Shown here in pieces: positions 16,246 to 24,296 of a stretch of 64,000 bases of DNA (its first letter is position 1; each line of letters opens with the position of its first letter). Below the pieces are notes generated by a model that was given only the letters and a program-made list of their open reading frames with translations, did not search any database and had not been told where the DNA came from. Source of the stretch: a virus; IMG/VR virus record IMGVR_UViG_3300032180_000007, positions 1 to 64,000 of that record. One strand, written 5' to 3'. A program made the position numbers and the translations under genes.

Positions 16246-17490
16246 GTATTAAAGCTCCAGTATCCAATTCCAAATAATGTATAGATCGTACAAAATCAGA
16301 TTAAAGCCGACAGCAAAACAACGTAGGGCGCTAACGACAATTCTCGCGCTGAGTTGCGACCTATACAATGCATCTCTTCAGGAGAGAAGAGATGCATGGG
16401 CGCTGCGGCGAAAAAGCATCAGCTACCAAGATCAAACTGCATCATTAACTAAGATTAGAGCGGAAGATGAAGACGTACGCACAGTTGCGGTAGATATCGC
16501 ACGTGAGCCATTGCGTCGTGTTGACCGTGCATTCAAAGCATTCATGCGCCGTTGTAGGGCGAAGGAAAAGCCGGGTTTCCCGCGCTTCCGATCAAAGGAA
16601 CGTTACGATTCATTCACATTCGGATTGCCGCGCATCATTGTCGACAGATTGGTGATTCCTAAGCTAGGACACGTCAAGTTCAAAGCAAGCCAAGTATTAA
16701 AGGGGACACTCAAGACGGCCACCATTATTCGTCGTCGCAATCGCTGGGAAGCGCGGATTATTTGTGATGTAGGACTAGCACCAAAAAAAATCGCCATCTC
16801 CACAGTGGTCGGTATTGACCTTGGCCTGACCAACTTCGTTACTCTTAGCAATGGCATAAGCATCGACAATCCGCACTGGCTTAAGCGTCACGAAGCAAAA
16901 ATTGCGCAGGCAAATCAGGCCCTTGCGCGAAAGCAGCGAGGGTCTAACAATCGCGTTCGAGCAAGGCTTGCGTTGAACCGTGCCTACGAACGAGTGGTCG
17001 ATGCGCGCCGTAACTTTATTCATCATGTTAGTAAATATCTGGTCACTAATTACAATTTGATTGCTTATGAGGATCTCAATATCAAAGGGATGGTTCAGAG
17101 CAATTTTAGTAAATCAATCAACGACGCAGCGTGGGGTGAGTTGATATGGCAAATATCGTACAAGGCTGAGAGTGCCGGGCGATGGGCCGTACCAGTAAAT
17201 CCCAAGAACACCAGTCAGATGTGTTCGACATGTGGCACGATAGTTAAGAAAACACTCGCTAACCGCGTACATATCTGCCCATGCGGTCTAACCTTGGACC
17301 GAGACCATAACGCTGCAATAAACATCCTGACTGTAGGGCTCGGTAAGAGCCTTGAGCAGTGACGACTGCCAGAATGTATACTGACCAAGATAAGTATATA
17401 ATTACCTTCCCCGTGGATCGAGAATCAGGGGACCTGCCATGGCGCAGCAAGTTGAGTCAATCCAAAGTAGGCAGGCTCCCCTGAGAATTT
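16240..17490 (+). mobile_element. tnpB-only IS200/IS605-family element (ends approximate)
   Basis: The left border is placed after CTGAT 16235-16239. A right-end hairpin lies at 17426-17438/17470-17483. No tnpA is present. Confidence 0.45.
16277..17362 (+). CDS. tnpB: TnpB (OrfB) RNA-guided RuvC nuclease
   Basis: VVGIDLG (RuvC-I), AYEDLNIKG (RuvC-II), CSTCG..CPCG zinc finger, LDRDHNAAINI (RuvC-III). Confidence 0.95.
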   Translation: MYRSYKIRLKPTAKQRRALTTILALSCDLYNASLQERRDAWALRRKSISYQDQTASLTKIRAEDEDVRTVAVDIAREPLRRVDRAFKAFMRRCRAKEKPGFPRFRSKERYDSFTFGLPRIIVDRLVIPKLGHVKFKASQVLKGTLKTATIIRRRNRWEARIICDVGLAPKKIAISTVVGIDLGLTNFVTLSNGISIDNPHWLKRHEAKIAQANQALARKQRGSNNRVRARLALNRAYERVVDARRNFIHHVSKYLVTNYNLIAYEDLNIKGMVQSNFSKSINDAAWGELIWQISYKAESAGRWAVPVNPKNTSQMCSTCGTIVKKTLANRVHICPCGLTLDRDHNAAINILTVGLGKSLEQ

Positions 17491-17507
17491 GAAATGGAGG
17501 AAGTGAT

Positions 17508-17831
17508 ATGAAGTTACTTCGATCAATTCCTATCGCATTTGCCCTGAGCGCACTCAGTATAAGTGCACTCTTAATTCTAGTACTGTATGGAGGAGTTTAT
17601 CTCACGAAATCCAATGCTCCTACTTTAAGCGACAATCAAACCCTGATCTTCTATGATGAACAGGGGGTCGCCCATAGCGTCAAGGTAGCAGCAATGGCGA
17701 ATAATCCAGAGGGCGGCTTAACTCCCGTCTGGTTAATCACCACTTATGATCATGGAAAGAAAGATAGTGCGATGGGCATGCATCCCGCCGGCTCCTGCAA
17801 GACAATTTGGGTAATTATGGAGGTGGAATGA
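17508..17831 (+). CDS. membrane-anchored/secreted hypothetical protein
   Basis: N-terminal hydrophobic IPIAFALSALSISALLILVLYGG. GGAGG RBS. Confidence 0.65.
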   Translation: MKLLRSIPIAFALSALSISALLILVLYGGVYLTKSNAPTLSDNQTLIFYDEQGVAHSVKVAAMANNPEGGLTPVWLITTYDHGKKDSAMGMHPAGSCKTIWVIMEVE

Positions 17832-17983
17832 AAACAGAGAAAATCGCTTTAGGCGAGCGTGATTGGGACATCTTGATGGGCATGCACCTCGGTAGGCCCT
17901 CACCTGAAGTGCCGCGCATACTAGAAAACATTCAACAGCAATTGATTGCTCTTCGAGCGGCTCCCGCAGCGAGCCCTTCCTAG
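17828..17983 (+). CDS. micro-protein (51 aa)
   Basis: ATGA coupling to the upstream gene. Below the ORF-track cutoff. Confidence 0.45.
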   Translation: MKTEKIALGERDWDILMGMHLGRPSPEVPRILENIQQQLIALRAAPAASPS

Positions 17984-17985
17984 AC

Positions 17986-18023
17986 GGAAAAAACAGTGGG
18001 ACCAGTCGCATGACCGGTCCCAC
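17986..18023 (-). terminator. intrinsic terminator at convergent junction
   Basis: GTGGGACC (17996-18003) pairs with GGTCCCAC (18016-18023). A T-run on the minus strand follows (plus AAAAAA 17988-17993). Confidence 0.7.
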
Positions 18024-18046
18024 CAAAATACCAAAGTTACTTTAGT

Positions 18047-18433
18047 CTACCGCTTTGGGATGATAATAGTAAGCTTCTTTGCTCCATCCGGACTTGATCT
18101 CGCCAGCATCAATGCAACATCCCGTTTTGCTCGCAACGCTCCTATGCGAGAAAACCGTTTGACATTAGCGGCCTTGCCGTCAATGGCGTAGACGAAATCC
18201 ATATCCTCTAACCCGTATTCCTTCCAACACCCGACGCGAATGATGGCCATGCCTGACAAGGCGACGGCCGCTATGCCGGCTTCCGAGTCCTCTTCACCTT
18301 TAGCGCATTCCGTGCAGCCTTTTGGGAGTTCCTCACAGGCTATGAGAGGGTCGAAGCCAGCACCAACACACGTATCAATATTGTCATCGCACTTCGTTCC
18401 CCAATCTGTACAATTGGAATCAAAGTCCCCCAA
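18047..18433 (-). CDS. hypothetical Cys/Asp-rich N-terminus protein
   Basis: 128-aa ORF, the last gene before the terminator. Confidence 0.6.
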   Translation of the reverse strand: MGDFDSNCTDWGTKCDDNIDTCVGAGFDPLIACEELPKGCTECAKGEEDSEAGIAAVALSGMAIIRVGCWKEYGLEDMDFVYAIDGKAANVKRFSRIGALRAKRDVALMLARSSPDGAKKLTIIIPKR

Positions 18434-18450
18434 TTCCGTTTCCTCCTTAT

Positions 18451-18882
18451 CTATTTGACTGGAATTCCTTCTAAGAATGGAGCGTCTACAAATACTCGTC
18501 CCGTTGGTGGAGATGGTTTTTTCTTGCTACGGGTCTGAATTGGACGTGATCGCTTCGGCGTGGCTTCTGCGGCGACTTGTTCTTCGTTGATTTGTCTGAT
18601 CGCCTCAACGAATTTCTCGATAGCCATAATCAGCGGTTTGTCATCAGCAGGAGCAGGCGGTGACTCCGCAACGTGCAGGACAGCCGTATAACCAGACAGG
18701 CAGATTGAGATTACGGTAAGCACCCACCGAATGCCGAACTTGGCTTCGAATCGAGTACCGCGCCGGTCCTCGTATCTGCCATAAAATTCCCCGTTAGTCG
18801 GCCGATGTAATCTATCCTGATCAAGTGGTTTTATTTCCGCTGGGACTGGCGGCAAGCGTCGCGATGGTCGGCGTCCACTCAC
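18451..18882 (-). CDS. hypothetical single-TM protein
   Basis: Central hydrophobic VLTVISICLSGYTAVL with basic termini. Confidence 0.6.
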   Translation of the reverse strand: MSGRRPSRRLPPVPAEIKPLDQDRLHRPTNGEFYGRYEDRRGTRFEAKFGIRWVLTVISICLSGYTAVLHVAESPPAPADDKPLIMAIEKFVEAIRQINEEQVAAEATPKRSRPIQTRSKKKPSPPTGRVFVDAPFLEGIPVK

Positions 18883-18968
18883 TATTCTAACCTCCTCTGT
18901 TCAACAGGGGTCTTAGTTCTCACACCGTAGCAATACAGAAGAGTTGCAGGAGCGAGCACGTTTCTTCT

Positions 18969-19298
18969 TTACGGCTCATCGACAGGAGCCGAAGCTACGA
19001 GATCAAACCCGACCGCATCGCCGACTATAACGGCGACTGCTTCCACGCCGGTAACCTCTCTCACGCCCTCACCGAGATCCGCATCCGCCTTCAGCGTAAT
19101 CAGGGCTTCCCCGGCTTTCAGCGCGACCACCTTAGCAGTCGTTTCTGTGCCGGTATCGGTTAGTTCTGTGACGGTCGCAATCGAGTCGTCAGAACTGGTC
19201 CATTCGGCTGAGTCCGGCTGAATCTTGGTAGGGCTGGCTCCCTTGGATTTCGGCTTCGCGGTCAAAGTAAGCGATTGTCCTTCTTTCAAAATGGCCAT
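18969..19298 (-). CDS. bacterial Ig-like (Big_2-type) domain protein
   Basis: LTLTAKP..WTSSDDSIATV..ALKAGEALITL pattern. Start set at the ATG after AAGGAG. A longer in-frame start up to 19520 is possible. Confidence 0.6.
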   Translation of the reverse strand: MAILKEGQSLTLTAKPKSKGASPTKIQPDSAEWTSSDDSIATVTELTDTGTETTAKVVALKAGEALITLKADADLGEGVREVTGVEAVAVIVGDAVGFDLVASAPVDEP

Positions 19299-19520
19299 TT
19301 TGATATCTCCTTTTACAATTTGTCCACTCTCGTATTCGACTGATGTGAATATTATTTCCTTCTCCGGACCTACCTGAAACTCAACCCACCTCTCATACGC
19401 ACTCACGGCGCGTTCTAGCAACTCGTTAACGCGAAGTCCAAACACATGCTTTACCCGAAATCGCATTACGCGAAAGATAGCACAGGAAAGGAAGAGAACA
19501 AAGGTTTTTCTTGAGGGCAA

Positions 19521-20198
19521 TCACACGTTGGGGCTGGAGTGAGGTTGCTGCTGGTCCACTTCTCGAATCGCCGCAACGATGAAACTACCCTCGCGTGACG
19601 CCAAGCTGATCTGTACTGATCTGGGCGGGCCTTCCTTGCGCCGCAGCGCGAAAGTCCCAACCCCCATCGGCCGGGTAATCGGATCGTATCTATAGCTCCG
19701 TCTGTTAGAGACATGCTGGGGGCGAGATGCTTCCGGGACTAGAATATCGACTGATTGCCCTATCAACTCTACTCGGTCGTAGCCGGAGATCGACTCTAGT
19801 TTTTTATTCACGAACAATATTTTTTGGTCGTCGCTGAAGTCGGTAATTACTACGGCATCAGGAAAGGAATTAATCAGGTCCATGACAATAGAATCGAAAA
19901 GGGTTCGGCGTCCAAACATCAACCAAAATGAGACCGGGTACATGCCAACCCCGAGTACGACCAAGCTTAAGAGCATAAATACGACCCCATTCGGCCAGGG
20001 AGTGGGCATGCGAGAAAAAGAAGACGCAACCATAAAGGCAACATGGAAAACAACACTTATAAAGAGCAGTCCCAATATGCGCGATCTATATTTACGATTG
20101 ACGAATAGCCAAACGGCGGTTATCGCAGCCACAAGGCCATGCGCCAGCATCAGGCCAAGAATAACGATAGTAAATAAGGCGTTCAATTGGTCACTCAT
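19521..20198 (-). CDS. four-TM membrane protein with C-terminal PAS-like domain
   Basis: Four hydrophobic spans, then DAVVITDFSDDQKILFVNKKLESISGYDRVELIGQSVDILVP. Confidence 0.7.
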   Translation of the reverse strand: MSDQLNALFTIVILGLMLAHGLVAAITAVWLFVNRKYRSRILGLLFISVVFHVAFMVASSFSRMPTPWPNGVVFMLLSLVVLGVGMYPVSFWLMFGRRTLFDSIVMDLINSFPDAVVITDFSDDQKILFVNKKLESISGYDRVELIGQSVDILVPEASRPQHVSNRRSYRYDPITRPMGVGTFALRRKEGPPRSVQISLASREGSFIVAAIREVDQQQPHSSPNV

Positions 20199-20485
20199 GA
20201 TTTAGATTTTTTCCTTGTCTCAATACTTTGTTTGATTGCATTCCCCAACTCTTCGGTGGCTCTTAAATGTACGGTTTCTGTCTCTTTAAGCGCCACCATA
20301 AAAGCGTCTCGGTCACTCCTTCGCTCTACCTTTTCGTCTTTGAGATGCTCCTTTAGAACCGTGACTGCTTCGTCCTGGGCTTCTCTGTTAGCTTTGAAAA
20401 GGTAGCGGATGACTCCACCGAAAGAAATGATAACGAACAACGCGAGTGCGAGTGCATAACCCCAGTCTTTTGGGTCTGGGTTCAT
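20195..20485 (-). CDS. single-TM hypothetical protein
   Basis: N-terminal TM YALALALFVIISFGGVI followed by a charged helix. ATGA coupling. Confidence 0.65.
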   Translation of the reverse strand: MNPDPKDWGYALALALFVIISFGGVIRYLFKANREAQDEAVTVLKEHLKDEKVERRSDRDAFMVALKETETVHLRATEELGNAIKQSIETRKKSKS

Positions 20486-20498
20486 TTAGGTGCAAGAC

Positions 20499-20708
20499 TC
20501 ACCAAAGCCGCAACTCGCCTGAGCCGCTGAGGTTCACCAGGAAGTAGAGAATGAAGATGACTGCTATTACGACCACGACTGCGATTGCGTACTTTCTGAT
20601 TGGCTCGGGGATGAAGGTTGTCACTAGCCAATAAATCAACGCCACGATCATCACAAAGACGACTATCGTGATCAAGAGCGGAATCAGTCCCGGCATTGCA
20701 AGCAGCAT
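20499..20708 (-). CDS. small two-TM membrane protein
   Basis: 69 aa, two long hydrophobic spans. The RBS GGAGG sits within a short hairpin. Confidence 0.65.
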   Translation of the reverse strand: MLLAMPGLIPLLITIVVFVMIVALIYWLVTTFIPEPIRKYAIAVVVVIAVIFILYFLVNLSGSGELRLW

Positions 20709-20807
20709 CAGGAGGCCCTCCTGCTAATACAATTTGCATCTACGGGCATCATTCTACCGTAGAATCTCCAACCCCACTAGGAATTTCTTTAGTCCCGTAT
20801 GTCAAGG

Positions 20808-21203
20808 TTAGTCAATCGAATCAAGCGCCCAGCCGAACAGCCAGAGATTCGCAGTAGCAGCGGAGCCATGAGCCGTGGTCAGAGAGAAATATAGAGTGCG
20901 CCCCGTCAGCACCGTGCTCGCTAAGGCAAGAGTCAACGGAAGGAAAAGCCCAGAACCGGTCAGCACGGTGAACACCTGTGTCGAGGGAACGATTGCCGTG
21001 CCGCCTTTGCTCACTGCGGTGTAGATGCCGCCCGCCGCAACGCTCACGCCCAGATTGACGCTGGCATCGGTGAGGAAGATTTGATCGGGAATATACTTTG
21101 CCGATGAGACGACGAACGCTTGATCAGTAACGACGTTCAGATCGACTGACCGAGCGCCCAGTAGCCTATAGCCTGATTTTAGATTGCTCATAAAATACTC
21201 CAC
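20808..21203 (-). CDS. virion-associated hypothetical protein (by position)
   Basis: 131-aa ORF following the fibre gene. Confidence 0.65.
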   Translation of the reverse strand: MEYFMSNLKSGYRLLGARSVDLNVVTDQAFVVSSAKYIPDQIFLTDASVNLGVSVAAGGIYTAVSKGGTAIVPSTQVFTVLTGSGLFLPLTLALASTVLTGRTLYFSLTTAHGSAATANLWLFGWALDSID

Positions 21204-22369
21204 TCCGCTGGTCCAGCCTGAATCTGCATGCTTTCGTACTGAGCTGCGAGCACCTTGGTAGTCGCTCCGTTAATCGTCTCTGACCCGTCCCCGTCTACCG
21301 TGACGGTGTTCGCCGTCGCGTCAATCTTCTGGACGTTGAAGATGTAACCACGACCGGTCGTGCCGTTATAGGCAGCGGACAAAGCAGGGAGTGTGATGGT
21401 GCGATTGGCTCCGGTCGCGTCAACCAGAACGGTGTAGTGGGTTGCGACTGCTAGCGTCAGGTCAGCGGACGTGCTGAGGATAGGCAGGCTTGCTTTGATC
21501 TGCCCGGTAAGGGCGTTGCCAGCGTCGTAGGTGAAATCTATAGAGCCGCTATCCTGGATCAAGACACCCACTCGATCATCCACCGCTTGACTGAAATCCG
21601 AAATCGTAGATGCGGTTTGCGTGCCTGTGTGATTTGCCCTGCTTAATAATTGTGCGTTAGTTGGCTTTCTCACAAGTACTTGCCATCGCGAACTACCCGC
21701 CTGAATAATTACGGTTTCACCTTGAGTTGTTAATGTGATTGTTGCGACGTTAGTTCCCGCTTCAGTTAGTTGCTCAGCCCCATCTGGTTGAATAGTGACT
21801 GTATTAGCAGAGGAATCCGTTTTCTGAATAATGTGCATCTGACCACGCCGGATTCCACTGTCCGCAATATCGTAAGCGTCATTTCCGGTAATACTCGGCA
21901 GTGTGATAGTCCTCGCCGCTCCAGAAGCGCTTACTAACACTGCGAAATGCTCACTTGGAATCAATGTCAGATCGGATGAAATACTTACAATCCCGCGAAA
22001 GTCATCACGCGACTCGCGCATATAGACGGTCAGTCGCAATGGATTCCCTACCGCTTCGACCGCCTGTTCAAGCGTCATCTGAATCATCTGGCCGCGCGTG
22101 ATACTCTTATTTAGCCCCGTGGAGGCACCGCTACTAGGGTCTCCAAGTGTCAACGTAGGACGCTCGCCACTGGATAGGACCGGCGAGCCACCGTCTTTGG
22201 TGTAGTTGATTTTTCCCGTAACGGTGACCGGCCCAGTCCCCGCGTAGACATAAATGTCGTCTATAAATCCGTCTACTGGGGCTTCGAATAGTGCGCCTGT
22301 TATGTCACCCGCTGTAAAGGTATCGTCTAAAATAAATTCTGCAACTGTCGGTCTTATAGGTCCAGACAT
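21188..22369 (-). CDS. tail fibre / receptor-binding-like protein with duplicated domain
   Basis: Two homologous segments (..TITLPS..NTVTIQPDG.. and ..TITLPA..NTVTVDGDG..). Confidence 0.75.
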   Translation of the reverse strand: MSGPIRPTVAEFILDDTFTAGDITGALFEAPVDGFIDDIYVYAGTGPVTVTGKINYTKDGGSPVLSSGERPTLTLGDPSSGASTGLNKSITRGQMIQMTLEQAVEAVGNPLRLTVYMRESRDDFRGIVSISSDLTLIPSEHFAVLVSASGAARTITLPSITGNDAYDIADSGIRRGQMHIIQKTDSSANTVTIQPDGAEQLTEAGTNVATITLTTQGETVIIQAGSSRWQVLVRKPTNAQLLSRANHTGTQTASTISDFSQAVDDRVGVLIQDSGSIDFTYDAGNALTGQIKASLPILSTSADLTLAVATHYTVLVDATGANRTITLPALSAAYNGTTGRGYIFNVQKIDATANTVTVDGDGSETINGATTKVLAAQYESMQIQAGPAEWSIL

Positions 22370-22380
22370 CCAAACCTCCT

Positions 22381-22722
22381 CTAAACTGTCCAGCCCGCCG
22401 CGCTGTTGATCGTCGTTACGAGCGCCAGTGGTGCACGAACAAGCCCAGTCAACGAGGCATCAGCCTCACAGATCAGATCAAAAGATACCACCCCTGGAGT
22501 GAATCCAGATAAATCAATTCCGGTCGCTAAATCGGTGTAGGGATCTCCGCTCTCAGTCTCGCGTGCTTTCAATCTGATTTTCAGGTGACTTCCCGACTGT
22601 AAGGTCCGTCCCGTCGCCGCTTCCGCTTTGATGATGATCGCAGTCGATGTCTCACCCGCCACAAGATCAAAGGTGACGTAGCTGTATCGCAGGTTATTAT
22701 CCGCCGAATCTGTAAGCAGCAT
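22381..22722 (-). CDS. tail-associated hypothetical protein
   Basis: 113-aa ORF within the tail module. Confidence 0.7.
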   Translation of the reverse strand: MLLTDSADNNLRYSYVTFDLVAGETSTAIIIKAEAATGRTLQSGSHLKIRLKARETESGDPYTDLATGIDLSGFTPGVVSFDLICEADASLTGLVRAPLALVTTINSAAGWTV

Positions 22723-22724
22723 TC

Positions 22725-24296
22725 CTAGACCTCATGGTGCTCATTGTCATCGTTAGGATCAAAGTCCGTAAAGGAACGGTTTTGACTATTGACTGGCATG
22801 CAATACAGGTTGAACACGCTTCCATTTATCGGGTAGCACGTATAACTGAGACCGTCGTAAGGACCATCGTACACTGACTGCCCGCGCTCAACGGCGGTCT
22901 TTCTATAGATAAAGAACGACTGGTTTAACTTTTTGTAAAATACCCGCCCGACTAAGGCACCCACTGGCGTATCTGCAATGGTGATTGTCAGGCTTGAATT
23001 GGTGACTTCAACCGTCTCGATATTGTATCCTGGGCTGGACGGGAAATCACCGCTGAATACCTGGTTCGTTGTTCCGTGTCCCTGCATCGCAAGTCCTGCA
23101 ACAATCTGATTAACACGCTGAGAACTGTAAGGACTGCCGGCCGCGCTCACCTCCGCTGTCGTCGGCAACCCATCGCTCTGTACGGTTGTGTCTGTGAAAT
23201 CATTGAATGGTGGATCTAGCAACCCGTCTGGACCCATCGCGGTAGTTCTTACAACGTATTCGTTAAAGACGCCTGGGTAATTACTATCACGCTCATCAGC
23301 GATGGGCGACGGATATCCTACTATTGATCCATGGTCAGTAAAAGTCCTCTTCCAAAATCCCGAATGTGTTATTCCACGGTCATACCCCCATTGGGTTCCG
23401 GCTATAACATAGTCCCACCAGACCGGCATTAATCCGATTGTGATCAGTTCAGCGCCTTGCGCTTTCCTGATCTTTGGCGGCTCAACTTCATCATCGTCAA
23501 ATCCCCCCATCGTGACTTTGTAGTTATCTGTGTCCCACGGGTCGAACGGCTCGAAGACTGGAAACGTGCCAATGAAATCCACCGAATACTTTGCAGCACT
23601 ACTAAGCTTTTTCAGCTTCAGAGCCGCATAGTTTCTCCACCAATCAACAAATAATATATGCCAGAAATTCTGACTACTGATTACCGTAGGGTCGAATAAT
23701 GTGAACGGCGCCGCCCATTCAGCCTCTTCGTGTTCAATCAATGCAATCTCCGCACTATGGTCACTGGAGGCCGCTTCAAGCTTCGCGATCCGCTCCGTCG
23801 GGGATAGTCGTTCTTTCCATTTGTTATTTACACTAGAAATGATCTGATCTGTGGCACCAAAATGAAAACTTAATCCATAGTCCACTGAGTGCAGAAAGGG
23901 AAGCGGCCATACTTGATACGACTGCCGATAGATCGTGCTGTCCGTCCTATCAAGCACGTCTATATCAGCCTCCAATGATCGTGTCGCAAGCGTGGCCTGC
24001 ACCGTGGCACGGTAGTCAGGGTTAGTATCTGAGTCAAGCGTCAGGGTACGATCCTGATCGAAACGAAAGAACTCTCGTTGATGATCGCCAAAACTAGGGA
24101 TTGGCTGTTGAATGAACAACGTGGACAAATCAAGCAGAACAACCTGTAGCTCTCCCTTCACTGGCTTATCTGTAGGATCTTCTATTCGCCTGATCGCGCC
24201 GTATCGCTTCTCACGCGCCGGCGCTTTCTTCGGCTCGGGTTTCCCACGCCGATTGATCGTAATTCTGATCTGGTCGCCAAACTTGAAATCAGGCAT
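22725..24296 (-). CDS. distal tail / baseplate-like structural protein
   Basis: 523-aa ORF. Assigned by synteny downstream of the tape measure. Confidence 0.75.
   Translation of the reverse strand: MPDFKFGDQIRITINRRGKPEPKKAPAREKRYGAIRRIEDPTDKPVKGELQVVLLDLSTLFIQQPIPSFGDHQREFFRFDQDRTLTLDSDTNPDYRATVQATLATRSLEADIDVLDRTDSTIYRQSYQVWPLPFLHSVDYGLSFHFGATDQIISSVNNKWKERLSPTERIAKLEAASSDHSAEIALIEHEEAEWAAPFTLFDPTVISSQNFWHILFVDWWRNYAALKLKKLSSAAKYSVDFIGTFPVFEPFDPWDTDNYKVTMGGFDDDEVEPPKIRKAQGAELITIGLMPVWWDYVIAGTQWGYDRGITHSGFWKRTFTDHGSIVGYPSPIADERDSNYPGVFNEYVVRTTAMGPDGLLDPPFNDFTDTTVQSDGLPTTAEVSAAGSPYSSQRVNQIVAGLAMQGHGTTNQVFSGDFPSSPGYNIETVEVTNSSLTITIADTPVGALVGRVFYKKLNQSFFIYRKTAVERGQSVYDGPYDGLSYTCYPINGSVFNLYCMPVNSQNRSFTDFDPNDDNEHHEV

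Noticed and set aside
15337-16276. Confident call of a group I intron (IStron) or group II intron
   Set aside because: GUGCG-like starts, a CAGAGAC stretch and many GNRA loops are present. I could not draw a convincing P1 with a U-G pair at 15336, a P7 guanosine pocket, or a domain V hairpin. It is kept only as a hypothesis to test with covariance models.
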